From an uncultured Chloroflexia bacterium (GTDB taxonomy: Bacteria > Chloroflexota > Limnocylindria > Limnocylindrales > CSP1-4), in assembly GCA_963804575.1 (NCBI GenBank), contig CAWDQY010000004.1, forward strand, positions 332-64,331: a stretch of DNA of 64,000 bases, given 5' to 3'. Below the pieces are notes generated by a model that worked only from the letters and a program-made list of their open reading frames with translations, ran no database searches and was not told where the DNA came from. The position numbers and the translations under genes were made by a program. Positions 10,351 to 21,293 of this stretch are shown in pieces; positions within the stretch are counted from its first letter, which is position 1, and every line of letters starts with the position of its first letter.

Positions 10351-13167
10351 GTGTCCGACCAGCCGACCTCCCAGCGTCCCCCGGGGATCGAACGCGCCAA
10401 TCCGGCCGTCCAGGCCGAGCCGGCCGGCATCGGCTCATCGAGCGCGCCCGACGCCCTGTCGCGTGAGATCAAGCTGCTTGGCTCGTTGCTGGGCCAGGTC
10501 ATCGCCGAGCAGGCAGGCGAGGAGATCCTGGCCCTGGTCGAGCGCGTGCGCAGGCTCACCATCGACATCCGCCGGAACCCCAGTCCCACGCGCCAGCTGG
10601 GATTGCGAGCCATCCTCGAGGGGCTCTCCGCCGAGCAGGTGGAGGCGCTCATCAAGGCCTTCAGCCTCTACTTCCACCTGACCAACCTGGCCGAGGAGAA
10701 GCATCGCGTTCGGCGCGTGCGCAAGCGTGCCCGCACCGCCCACGGCGGCCAGGAGGGCTCCATCGAGGCGGCCATCCGGCAACTGCTGGCGACCGACGCG
10801 CCCGACCAGCTGCAGGCCCTGTTGGAGGGATTGTCGATCGGCCTGGTGCTGACCGCGCACCCGACCGAGGCGCGACGTCGCACCGTCCTGGTCGCGCTGC
10901 GCCGCACCTTCGCCCTCATCGATCGGCTCGACGACCCGCGCCTCACGCCCAACGAGGACGCCGAGATCCGACGTCACCTGCGCGAGGAGATCTCGCTGCT
11001 GTGGCGCACCTCCGCGCTGCGCACCGAGCGCCCCTCCCCCCTCGACGAGGTGCGCACCGCGCTGCTGTTCTTCGACGAGACGCTGTTCCGGGTCACGCCC
11101 TACCTGTATCGCACGGTCGACCGCGTGCTCGACCTGGCCCCCTGGGTCAGCGCCGCGGAGGGCGAGGCCGATCGAGCCGGGCCGGCCAGCGACAGCGGCC
11201 ACACCGGCACGAGGCCCCCGGCCATCCACGCCTACCTGCGCTGGGGTTCCTGGGTGGGAGCCGATCGCGACGGACACCCGCGCGTCACCGCCGACACCAC
11301 CCGGGCCGCCGCGGCCATCGGCGCCGACCACGTCCTGCGTGGCCTTGAGCACGTGGCCACGCGGCTGATGCACACGGTCACGCCGACGCACATCAGCGAC
11401 GAGGTCCCAGCCAGCCTGCTGGCCCGCCTCGAACTCGACCGGGACGAGCTGGGCAACGCCTTCGATGAGCTGGCGCGCCACTTCCCCGACGAACCCTACC
11501 GGCAGCGCTTCGGCTGCATCGCCGAGCGTTTGCGCCAGACGCGTCATCGGCTGGTGTTGGGACGAGGCCTCGGCAGCGGCTACGCCACCCCGCACGACCT
11601 GCTGGAGGAGATCGACGAGCTGCAGGCCGCGCTGGTGGAAGACGGCATGGCGCGCGTCGCCTACGGCGAGGTGCAGGCGATGCGCTGGCAGCTGGAGACG
11701 TTCGGCTTCCACGCCCTCTCACTGGAGGTACGCCAGCACAGCGATGTGCACGCCGCGGCCCTGGCGGCCATCACCGACGGCACCGTGCTGGGTGAGCAGA
11801 CCGTGACCAACGGCGTCACCGCGGCCGAGGTGCTGGAGACGTTCCGCGCCATCGCCGACATCCAGCGACGCTTCGGGCCGGCGGCCTGCGAGCGCTACAT
11901 CATCAGCTTCACGCGCGAGGCTGGCGACGTTCACAACGTGCTGGAGCTGGCCGACTACGCCGGGCTGGCCCGCGATGCCATCGACGTCGTGCCGCTCTTC
12001 GAGACGGCCGATGCGCTGGAGCACGCCGATGAGCTGCTCGACGACATCCTGGGAGACGAGGCCTATCGGGCGCACGTCCGCGCCCGTGGCGACCACCAGG
12101 AGGTGATGCTGGGCTACTCCGATTCGACCAAGGAATCGGGCGCCATGGCAGCGGCCTGGCTCCTCCACGGCGCCGAAACGAAGCTGTCCCAGGCCGCCAT
12201 GCGGCACGGCATCCGGCTGACGCTGTTCCACGGCCGCGGCGGCGCCATCGGTCGCGGTGGCGGTCCCATGAGCCGGGCCATCCTCGCCAGTGCCCCGCAC
12301 TCGCTCGACGGCACGCTCAAGATCACCGAGCAGGGCGAGGTCGTGGCTGACCGTTACGCCAACTTCGATATCGCCATGCGTCACCTGGCGCAGCTGACGA
12401 ACGCCGTGCTGGTGGCTTCCTCGCCGGGTCACCAGCAGCAGGCCAAGGAGGCCCAGGTTCGCGGCCAGGCGGTGCTGGAGGAGCTGGCCGAACGCTCGGC
12501 GCGCGCCTACCAGTCCCTGGTCTGGGACGATCCTGCCTTCGAGGCCTTCTTCGTGGCCGCCACACCCATCGGCGAGCTGTCCGGCCTGGCCATGGGCTCG
12601 CGCCCGGCGGCGCGCGGCGGCGGCAGCGTCGCGCTGGACAAGCTGCGCGCCATCCCGTGGGTCTTCTCCTGGTCGCAGGCGCGGCTGTTCCTGCCGGCCT
12701 GGTATGGCATGGGCACCGCCATCGATGAGTTCGAGGCGGCGCACGGCCCGGGGGCGATCGAGTCGCTGCAGGCCCTGTACCGCGAATCGGCCTTCCTGAT
12801 GGGCGTCATCGACGTCATGGAGATGGCCCTGGCCAAGGTCGACCTGGCCGTGGCGCAGCGATACGCGAGCCTTGCGCCGGGACCGGACGCCGAGCGTATC
12901 TGGGAGCTCATCCGGGCCGAGTACGAGCGCACCGTCGCGGCCGTCCTGCGCGTCGATGGCCACCAGCGGCTGCTGGATGCCGTACCGGCCCTGCAGCGTT
13001 CCATCGCGCTGCGCAACCCCTACGTCGACTCGCTCTCCGAGCTGCAGGTGATGCTGCTGGGTCGCCTGCGCGCGCTGCCCTCGGACGACCCCGAGCGGGA
13101 GCACCTGCGCCGCCTCGTGCAGCTCACCGTCAGCGGCGTGGCCGCCGGGCTGCAGAACACCGGCTGA
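10351..13167 (+). CDS. ppc: Phosphoenolpyruvate carboxylase
   Basis: 938 aa with hallmark motifs VLTAHPTE, GYSDSTKESG, FHGRGGAIGRGGGP and the C-terminal QNTG. Confidence 0.95.
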   Translation: MSDQPTSQRPPGIERANPAVQAEPAGIGSSSAPDALSREIKLLGSLLGQVIAEQAGEEILALVERVRRLTIDIRRNPSPTRQLGLRAILEGLSAEQVEALIKAFSLYFHLTNLAEEKHRVRRVRKRARTAHGGQEGSIEAAIRQLLATDAPDQLQALLEGLSIGLVLTAHPTEARRRTVLVALRRTFALIDRLDDPRLTPNEDAEIRRHLREEISLLWRTSALRTERPSPLDEVRTALLFFDETLFRVTPYLYRTVDRVLDLAPWVSAAEGEADRAGPASDSGHTGTRPPAIHAYLRWGSWVGADRDGHPRVTADTTRAAAAIGADHVLRGLEHVATRLMHTVTPTHISDEVPASLLARLELDRDELGNAFDELARHFPDEPYRQRFGCIAERLRQTRHRLVLGRGLGSGYATPHDLLEEIDELQAALVEDGMARVAYGEVQAMRWQLETFGFHALSLEVRQHSDVHAAALAAITDGTVLGEQTVTNGVTAAEVLETFRAIADIQRRFGPAACERYIISFTREAGDVHNVLELADYAGLARDAIDVVPLFETADALEHADELLDDILGDEAYRAHVRARGDHQEVMLGYSDSTKESGAMAAAWLLHGAETKLSQAAMRHGIRLTLFHGRGGAIGRGGGPMSRAILASAPHSLDGTLKITEQGEVVADRYANFDIAMRHLAQLTNAVLVASSPGHQQQAKEAQVRGQAVLEELAERSARAYQSLVWDDPAFEAFFVAATPIGELSGLAMGSRPAARGGGSVALDKLRAIPWVFSWSQARLFLPAWYGMGTAIDEFEAAHGPGAIESLQALYRESAFLMGVIDVMEMALAKVDLAVAQRYASLAPGPDAERIWELIRAEYERTVAAVLRVDGHQRLLDAVPALQRSIALRNPYVDSLSELQVMLLGRLRALPSDDPEREHLRRLVQLTVSGVAAGLQNTG

Positions 13168-13231
13168 ACGACCACCGTCCCGCTCGGGTGCGCCGGCGTG
13201 AGCGCAGCGCACGGGTGGTACCCTATATGGC

Positions 13232-13459
13232 ATGAAGAAGACGACGGTCTATCTTGAGCCTGAGCTCGACCGCGCCATCGGGCGTCTGGCCAGCCATCGC
13301 GGCCTGTCCAAGGCTGAGACGATCCGGGAGGCCCTGCGTGCCGCCACGGCCGGGGCGGATCGACCCCGCATCACTGCCATCGGGATCGTCCACGGTCCCG
13401 GGGACGTGGCTGACGACGTCGACCGACACCTCGTCGAGACCGGCTTCGCATCGGAGTGA
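13232..13459 (+). CDS. Ribbon-helix-helix (CopG/VapB-like) antitoxin
   Basis: MKKTTVYLEPELDRAIGRLASHRGLSKAETIREAL is a typical RHH fold. Its stop overlaps the PIN gene start by 4 nt. Confidence 0.8.
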   Translation: MKKTTVYLEPELDRAIGRLASHRGLSKAETIREALRAATAGADRPRITAIGIVHGPGDVADDVDRHLVETGFASE

Positions 13460-13881
13460 TCGTCCTCGACACCTCGGTCATCTACGCCCTGCTGGATGCC
13501 GCGGACGCGCGACATCGCCAAGCGGTCAGGTGGTACTCCGACCTCGCCGAGGACTTGGTCACCACGCCACTCGTGCTGGCTGAAGCCGATCACCTCGCTG
13601 TCACCAGGGGCGGGCCGGTGGCGTCGCGGGCACTTCGCGCCGACATCCGAGCGGGTGCGTACCTCGTCGATTGGTGGCCCTCCGCAGCGCGCGAGGCGGC
13701 CCAGCTAGCCGAGCGCTATGCCGACCTGGGCATCGGCTTGACCGACGCGTCGCTGGTCGTGCTGGCCGACCGCGTCGGCAGCACCGACATCGCGACCTTC
13801 GACGAACGGCACTTCCGTGCGATCGTCCCGCTGCAGGGTGCGCCGGCGTTCCGCCTACTCCCGCTCGATCACCCCGGCTGA
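13456..13881 (+). CDS. PIN-domain toxin (VapC family)
   Basis: MIVLDTSVIYALL, a conserved acidic residue in LAEADHL, and LTDASLVVLA...IATFDERHF. Confidence 0.85.
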   Translation: MIVLDTSVIYALLDAADARHRQAVRWYSDLAEDLVTTPLVLAEADHLAVTRGGPVASRALRADIRAGAYLVDWWPSAAREAAQLAERYADLGIGLTDASLVVLADRVGSTDIATFDERHFRAIVPLQGAPAFRLLPLDHPG

Positions 13882-15295
13882 CCCGCCACGGGGCTCCGCC
13901 AGCGGCTGCAGCTGGTCGGGTGGCAGCGACGGTATGCCGCCGTCCACGACCGGGCGGACCGGGATGCCGGCGGCGTCCAGCAAGCTGGCGGCGATGGCGG
14001 CGCGCACCCCGGTACGACAGGCCACCAACCACTCACGCTCGCGATCGAGGCTGCCGAGCTGCTGGGGCAGGTCCGCCACGAAGATGAGCCGGCTGCCGGG
14101 GATGGCGCCCTCGGCCCATTCGTGGGGCTGGCGAACATCGAGGATGGGCGTTTCCGCAGTCCCGCCCTGCGCCGCCACGGCGGCCAGCTCGCGCCAGGTG
14201 GATGTGGCGTAGGTGCTGGTCTCGCCCCCGGCCGCGACCCAGGCGTCGATGCCGCCCTCGAGGTGGCCGATGACATGGTCGAAGCCGATACGCGCAAGCT
14301 CCGTGGCCACCGCCACCTCCTGCGCCGCATCGTCCACCACCAGGCAGATGGGCGCGTCGAAGGGCAGCAGCCAGCCAAGGTAGGCCGAGAGCGAGTCGCC
14401 CAGCTCGACGTTCCACGAGCCGGCGATATGGCCGGCCGCGAAGGCCGAACGGTCGCGCACGTCGACCAGCTGCACACCGGCCGCGCGCGCCTCGGCCACC
14501 GCGGCGACCGAGCACGGGCGTGCGACCGCGGGACCGCCGAGCAGGCGCGGCCCGCGACGGTTGAGCGCCGCCATGCGCCGGTAGTAGGTGGGATAGCGCG
14601 TGCGACCCGCGGCCAGCTCCCGGACGAAGGTGGCCTCGTCCGTGGCGGCGAACGCCGCGTTCGACGTTCGCAGCGCGCCGATGGTCGATGCCCCGGACGC
14701 ATCCCCGCCACCGGCGACGCAGAAGGAGCCGGCCCCGTGCGTGGGGTAGACCACGACATCATCGGGCAGCTCGGCGAGTCGACGCATGCTGTGGAATTGC
14801 GCGCTGCTGAGCTCGTCGAGTCGCGACGCGCCGAGCAGGTCGGTGCGGCCGACACCGCCGCTGAGCAGCGACCCGCCGGAGAACACGGCGCGGGGCCGGC
14901 CCGAGCCGTCCTGCAGCTCCCAGCTGAGATGCTCGGGCGTGTGCCCCGGGGTGGCGCGGGCCACGAGGCCGCCGTGGGCGAGATCGAGACGGAAGCCGTC
15001 GACCGCACCGTGGTGCGCGAAGCGGTAGCGACCCTCGGTCGGCGCCACGATGCGCGTGCGCGTGGCGTCGCCGAAGCTCGCGCGCGCCAGAGAGGTAGTC
15101 GTTGTGCAGGTGCGTCTCGAGGGCGTGCGTGATGCGCCAGCCGCGCGCCTCGGCGACCTGGGCGATGCGCCAGGCGTCCCGGGGCACATCGATGGCGACG
15201 GCTTCACTCCCCAGGCCCACCAGGTAGGTGTGATTGCCCAGGTCGGCGGTGGGGATGGCCACGACCTCCGGGGGCCGGGGACCGGCACTGCTCAT
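13855..15295 (-). pseudogene. MBL-fold hydrolase fused to two rhodanese domains (persulfide dioxygenase/sulfurtransferase-like), frameshift near 15078
   Basis: The N-terminus with HLHNDY (HxHxDH-like) is in ORF 14759..15295. The remainder (TPGHTPEH, YPTHGAGS, two rhodanese segments with CRTGVRAA) is in ORF 13855..15288. Confidence 0.75.
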
Positions 15296-15453
15296 GCGCG
15301 GAGGCTACCGTACCGGCCACCGGCAGGACGTGGGCGGTCGACGCTCATCTGATGGTCGCTGGCTTGCTATCATGCACACAACGCAAGCAATCGAAAGCAC
15401 TCGCAATCCCCAGCGCGTGCTCCAATCGGCAACGACATCCCCGAGGAGAGCGC

Positions 15454-16668
15454 ATGAGCAGCCCTGCAGCGACACGGCCACGGCTGGCCTTCAACACCCA
15501 CCTCCACGTGCCGCCCAACTTCTCCGCCTTCAGCACCGTCGAAGATGCCGTCGCCACGGCTGCCAGCGAGGGTGTCAAGGTCGTCGGCACGTCCAACTTC
15601 CACGACTTCGGCGTCTACGACCGCTTCGCGGCCGCCGCCACGCAGCAGGGCCTGGTCGCGCTCTTCGGCCTCGAGTTCATCTCGCTGCTCGAGGACGAGC
15701 AGCGCGAGGGCGTCAAGATCAACGATCCCGCCAATCCCGGCCGCGCCTACGTCTGCGGCAAGGGCATCCCCGCCCCGACGACGCTGTCGGCCGAATCGAG
15801 AGCCTTCATGGACGTGGCCAAGGCCTCCAACGAGGCTCGCACGACCGAGATGGTGCAGCGCATCGGCGCCCTCTTCTCCTCGGCCGGCCTGGCCGTGGAC
15901 GTGAGCTATGAGTCGATCGTCCAGGTCATCGCCGAGCGTGCCGAGGTCCCCGCCGCGTGGGTGGTGCTGCAGGAACGCCATGTCGCCCTCGGCTTCCAGG
16001 TCGCCCTCTTCGATGCCGTCCCTGTCGAGGGTCGAAACGCGATCCTGGCGAAGGTCTACGGCGCGGCCCCCACGGCCCCGCCCGATGATGCCGTCGCCAT
16101 CCAGGGGGAGCTGCGCTCGCGCCTGATGAAGGCCGGCTGCCCTGCCTTCGTGGAAGAGGCACCGGTGCCGTTCAGCGACGCGCTCGCCTACATCCGCGGC
16201 CTCGGGGCCATCGCCGTCTATCCCACGCTGGCCGACGGTGTCGTGCCCATCTGCGGCTACGAGGACCCGGTGGAAGACCTCATCGAGCGCATGGCGGGCC
16301 ACGACATCTACGGCGCCGAGCTGATCCCGGTGCGCAACACGCCCGAAGTCGTGGAGCGCTACGTCAAGGCCTGGCGCGACGCGGGCATCTTCGTCATGGT
16401 CGGTACCGAGCACAACACCCAGGAGCGCATCCCGGTCGCCCCGACCTGCCTCCATGGCGTACCTCTGTCCGATGCGGTCCTGGACATCACCTGGGAAGGC
16501 ACCTGCATCGTGACCGCCCACCAGCATCGCAAGCAGCAGGGGGAGCGCGGCTACGTCGATGAGGCCGGCAAGCTGGATCCCACCTTCCCCGATGCCGACA
16601 CGCGCATCCGCTATTACGCCGAGATGGGCGAGGAGCTCATCTTCGCCGCCACGAGGACCGACCGATGA
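15454..16668 (+). CDS. PHP-domain (polymerase/histidinol-phosphatase-like) metal-dependent phosphoesterase family protein
   Basis: N-terminal AFNTHLHVPPNFSAF...GVKVVGTSNFHDF. ATG follows GAGGAGAG. The stop overlaps the next gene (ATGA). Confidence 0.6.
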   Translation: MSSPAATRPRLAFNTHLHVPPNFSAFSTVEDAVATAASEGVKVVGTSNFHDFGVYDRFAAAATQQGLVALFGLEFISLLEDEQREGVKINDPANPGRAYVCGKGIPAPTTLSAESRAFMDVAKASNEARTTEMVQRIGALFSSAGLAVDVSYESIVQVIAERAEVPAAWVVLQERHVALGFQVALFDAVPVEGRNAILAKVYGAAPTAPPDDAVAIQGELRSRLMKAGCPAFVEEAPVPFSDALAYIRGLGAIAVYPTLADGVVPICGYEDPVEDLIERMAGHDIYGAELIPVRNTPEVVERYVKAWRDAGIFVMVGTEHNTQERIPVAPTCLHGVPLSDAVLDITWEGTCIVTAHQHRKQQGERGYVDEAGKLDPTFPDADTRIRYYAEMGEELIFAATRTDR

Positions 16669-18743
16669 CCGACCTCCAGCAGCTCCGGCTGCTCTCGCTC
16701 GATGACGCGCTGATCCGCGATGCCATCGAGATGTCCCACCGCTTCGGCCGTGATCCCGAGTACACGCGGGGCGGTGGCGGCAACTCGTCGGTCAAGGCCG
16801 GCGGCATCGTCTACATCAAGCCCAGCGGTGTCTCGCTCGCTGCCATCGAGGCGGAAGACCTGGTGCCGCTCGCGACCGAGCCACTCCTCGACCTGCTGCT
16901 CAACGGCGGTGCCGAGGACGAGGAAGCGCGCATCGCCGGCGCACCCGACCCGGTGATGCGTGCCGCAGCCAGGGTACGCATGGCCGAGGCCAGGGGTCGG
17001 CGCCCCTCGGTCGAGCTGATGTTCCACTCGCTGCTGCCGGAGCGCTTCGTGCTGCACACCCACGCCATCGTGCCCAACGCCATCGCCTGCAACCAGGACG
17101 GCGAGGCGCTCATGGGCGACCTGTTCGGCGACGAGGCCTTGTGGGTGCCCTACACGGACCCGGGCCTGCCGCTGGCACGCAAGATCCACCAGCTGCGCGT
17201 GGCACACGAAGTCCCGCACCGGCCAGCCGGCTCCCCGGATCACCTTCATGGGTGACCACGGCATCATCGTCTCGGCCGAGACCACGGCCGGCATCGCCGA
17301 GCTCAACGAGCACGTCATGGGCACCGTCCGTGCCGCCATCGAGAAGAGCGGCATCATCGTCGGAGGGTCCGGTCGGGCCGCCGCCCGCATCGCCGCCGAC
17401 GAGGCTCACGCCAACGCCATGGTCAAGGTCATCGGGCCGACGCTGCGCTCCCTGCTCTCGACCGCTGGCGGCCCGCTGAAGATGGTGACCTACGACCGTG
17501 CGCCGGGCGCGGCCGACTACCTCGAGTCCCAGGATGGCGCCGCTGCCGTCACGGGCGGACCCATGACGCCCGACCAGATCGTCTACTCGGGCTCCTTCCC
17601 GCTGCTGTTCGATCCACCCCGCGACGTCGCCATCGAGGACGTCCCGTCCCTGCTCGGGGCGGCCCTCGCGGCCAACATCGCGGCCCACGGCGTGGCGCCC
17701 ATCGTGACCGTCGTCCCTGGCCTGGGCATCTTCGCCGCCGGTGACACCTGGAAGGAGGTCGACACGGCGCGTCACATCTACCTCGACTGCCTGCGCGTGT
17801 ACGAGTCGGCCAATTCGCTGGGGCGCGTCCGGGCGCTCTCCGATGAGGAGCGCGGCTTCATCGAGCACTGGGAGGTGGAAGCCTATCGACGCGGCGCCGC
17901 CGCCTTCGGGCGAGCCCCGGGACGCTTCGCCGGCAAGGTGGCGCTCGTGACCGGTGCCGCCCAGGGCTTCGGACTCGGCATCGCCCGCGGACTTGCCCGC
18001 GAGGGTGGCCATGTCGTCCTCGCCGACGTCAGGGCCGAGCAGGCCGCGATCGAGGCCGCCGCCATCGAGGCCGAGCACGGCCCCGGCCGCGCCTGGTCGG
18101 TGGCGCTGGATGTGACCGACGAGGAGTCGGTCAACGCCGCCGTGACGGCCACGTCGAGCGCTTCGGCGGCCTGGACCTGTTCGTCTCCAACGCCGGCGTG
18201 CTGCGCGCAGGCTCGGTGACCGGACAGCCGGTCGATGACTTCGACCTCGTCACGCAGGTCAACTATCGCGGCTACTTCCTGGGCGTCCGCGCCGTGGCAC
18301 CCATCCTCGCCGCGCAGCACGCGGCGCGACCGGACTACCTGGGCGACATCGTCGAGGTCAACTCCAAGTCGGGCCTCGTCGGCTCCAAGCGCAACTTCGC
18401 CTACGCCGGCTCCAAGTTCGGTGGCATCGGCCTGACCCAGTCGTTCGCCCTCGAGCTCATCGAGGATGGCATCAAGGTCAATGCCGTCTGTCCCGGCAAC
18501 TACCTCGAGGGCCCACTGTGGTCCGACCCGGACAACGGCCTGTTCGTGCAATACCTGCGCGAGGGCAAGGTCCCCGGCGCCACCTCCGTGGAGGAGGTAC
18601 GCGCCGCCTACGAGGCCAAGGTCCCCATGGGCCGCGGCTGCACCCCGGACGACGTGGTGGAGGCCATCCTCTACCTTGTCGCCCAGCAGTACGAGACCGG
18701 CCAGGCCGTGCCGGTGACCGGAGGCCAGGTGATGCTGTCATGA
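16665..18743 (+). pseudogene. Bifunctional class II aldolase (rhamnulose-1-phosphate aldolase-like) / short-chain dehydrogenase, two frameshifts (about 17208 and 18150)
   Basis: Aldolase part: GGGGNSSVK, SVELMFHSLLPERFVLHTH. SDR part: GKVALVTGAAQGFGLG and YAGSKFGG. The three ORFs 16665..17255, 17248..18219 and 18198..18743 join into one about 690-aa protein. Confidence 0.85.
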
Positions 18744-20493
18744 GCTCCATCCCAGCGACCCAGTACGCGGTCCAGATCGTCGCCGCCGACAGGACCGTCC
18801 TGAACAGGTCCAAGCCGGTGCCCCCGCTGGGCCCGACGCAGATCCTCTGCAGGTCGAGGCGATCGGCATCTGCTTCACCGACACCAAGCTGCTGCACGCC
18901 TTCGACGGCCCACCCGCGCAAGGGCGAGGTGCGGACCTTCCTGACTCCACAGGAGTTGTCCGGCATCCCCAGCTACGTGCCCGGGCGACAAGCCGACCGT
19001 GCCAGGACACGAAGTCTGTGCCCGCGTGGTCGCCGTGGGCTCGGCGGTGAAGCACCACCAGGTGGGTGACCGCGCCCTCGTCCAGACCGACTATCGCCAC
19101 ATGCTGACGGCATCGTCCAATGCGTCCTTCGGCTACAACTTCGAGGGCGCCTGCAGCAGTACGTGCTGATGGACGAGCGCGTCATCATCGAGCCCGAGAC
19201 CGGCGAGCGCTTCCTCATCCCCGTCAGCGAGGAGCCCAGTGCGTCGGCGGTGGGCCTGCTGGAGCCGTGGGCGTGCGTGGAACGTGCCTACGCGACCGAG
19301 GAGCGCGCCACGCTCAGGCCCGCTGGGCGCCTGCTGGTGGTGGTCGACGCCGGCCACACCATCGACGGGATCGACGCCCTGCTGGCGGCCGCGACCCCGG
19401 CCGAGCTGGTGGCGGTGGTGGCTGACCCCGCCAGCCGCGTGGTGCTCGACACCATCCTCGGCAGTGCCGGGCTGTCCACCAGCTACGCCACCGACATCGC
19501 GGGGCTGACGCCCGGTTCGTTCGACGACATCATCTACTTCGGTGCCGACGCGGAGCGTGTCGAGCAGCTGCAACGCCTGCTCGGCCTCAGGGGCGTCATC
19601 GATGTCGTGCTCGGCGGCGAGCGCCTCGGTCGGCCGGTCGAGGTCGACGTCGGCCGCGTCCACTACGACCTCATCCGCTGGGTCGGCAGCAGCGGCATCT
19701 CTGCCGCCGACGGCTACGGCTGGGTGCCCGCCAGCGGCGAGCTGCGCCCGGGCGAGAAGGTCGGCATCATCGGCGCCGCCGGCCCCATGGGCTTCATGCA
19801 CGTGGTACGTGCGCTCACCGCCGGCGTCGAGGGGGTGGCCGTCACGGCCATCGACATCGATGCGGCGCGCCTGGCGCACCTGGCGAGCGTGGCCGGACCG
19901 TTGGCCGCCGACCGCGGCCTCGCCTTCGAATCGCTCGACAGCCGGGAGGGGCAACCGGTCACGGCGCGTTCACGCGGGTGGGCTGCATGGTGCCGGTCCC
20001 GGCCGTGGCTGCGGGCACGGTGGAGCTGGCAGGGCAAGGCGCCATCATCGACTTCTTCGCCGGCTTCGCCATCGGCACCACGGTGCCGCTGGATCTCGAC
20101 GCCATGCTGGACCGTCACATCTACATCCTCGGCACCAGCGGCTCCATGATCAGCGACATGAAGGCTGTGCTGGGCCGCCTCGAGGCGGGCACCCTGGACA
20201 CCAACATCAGCGTCTACGCCGTCTCGGGCATGCAGGGCGTGGCGGATGCGCTGGAGGCCGTCAAGGCCCGCACCTCTGGCGGCAAGATCGTCATCTACCC
20301 GCAGCTGACGCAGCTGGGCATGATCACGCTCACCGAGATGGACAGCCGCTACCCGTCCGTCGCGGCCGCCATGCACGAAGGTCGCTGGACGCGCGCCGCC
20401 GAGGAGGCACTCATCGCCGCCGCCGGGGAGGACGCCGCCGAGGACGCCGCCGCCGGTGACGCTGGCGCCGAGGGCGGGGGCGCGGTGGCATGA
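18740..20493 (+). pseudogene. Atypical long (about 580 aa) MDR/zinc-type alcohol dehydrogenase-like protein with at least 5 frameshifts
   Basis: The GroES-like part GICFTDTKLLHAF...VPGHEVCARVVAVGSAVKHHQVGD and the Rossmann motif GIIGAAGPMGFMHV are spread over three frames. Shifts near 18852, 18912, 18985, 19150 and 19960, each at a short C or G run. Confidence 0.7.
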
Positions 20494-21293
20494 CCTCCAC
20501 GACGACCGAACCCGCAGGCGGCGCCTTCGCCGGGGAGCGGCAGCGGGAGATCGCCCGCATCGTCGACGAGCAGGGCCGCGCGCGGGTGACCGAGCTGGCT
20601 GAGCGCTTCGGCGTCTCCGCGGTCACCATCCGCAAGGACCTCGAGGCGCTCGCCGAGGCCGATCGCGTCATCCGCACGCACGGTGGCGCCATCGCCGCCC
20701 GCATGCGTCGCGGCGACATCGCCTTCGATGTGCGCGATCGCCTGCAGCGGGAGGAGAAGGCGGCCATCGGGGCACTCGCCGCGGCGCACGTCAGCAACGG
20801 CGAGTCGATCATCCTGGACGCCAGCACGACCGGCCTGTACCTGGCCCGTGAGCTGCTCAAGCGCGAGGCCTGGCATGGGCTCACCGTGGTGACCAACAGC
20901 ATCCATGTCGCCACCGCGCTGGCCGGTCGTCCAGACATCACGGTGCTGCTGATGGGTGGCCGGGTCCGCAGCTCGCTCTCCGTGGTGGGCCAGCTGGGAG
21001 ACGCCGTGCTCGACCGGGTCAACGTGCAGAAGGCGTTCCTGGGCTCGGCCGGCTTCTCGCTCGAGGAGGGCCTGACCGAAGCACGCGAAGAAGAAGCACA
21101 GATCAAGCGCGCGATGGTGGCCTCGGCCCGCGAGGTCTACGCCATCATCGACCACAGCAAATGGGGGCGCGTCGCCTCGGCCACGTTCTGCGAGGTCGGG
21201 GCCCTGACACAGGTCCTCACCGATGCGGCCGCGCCGGCCGCGATGGTGGACGCGCTCCGGGGGATGGGCATCGAGGTGACGCAGCATGGCTGA
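20490..21293 (+). CDS. DeoR/GlpR-family transcriptional regulator
   Basis: N-terminal HTH (RQREIARIVDEQGRARVTELAERFGVSAVTIRKDL) plus a DeoR C-terminal sugar-phosphate sensor domain. ATGA overlap with the upstream gene. Confidence 0.9.
   Translation: MTSTTTEPAGGAFAGERQREIARIVDEQGRARVTELAERFGVSAVTIRKDLEALAEADRVIRTHGGAIAARMRRGDIAFDVRDRLQREEKAAIGALAAAHVSNGESIILDASTTGLYLARELLKREAWHGLTVVTNSIHVATALAGRPDITVLLMGGRVRSSLSVVGQLGDAVLDRVNVQKAFLGSAGFSLEEGLTEAREEEAQIKRAMVASAREVYAIIDHSKWGRVASATFCEVGALTQVLTDAAAPAAMVDALRGMGIEVTQHG

Noticed and set aside
10435-13233. Large antisense ORFs opposite ppc (10435..11712 and 11719..13233 minus). Similar ORFs lie opposite the histidine kinase (52895..55057), the ABC genes (26360..28210, 28405..29490) and the membrane genes (58059..59297).
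   Set aside because: Each lies antisense to a gene with unmistakable conserved motifs. Stop-codon scarcity in about 70% G+C DNA explains their length, and none shows recognisable domains.
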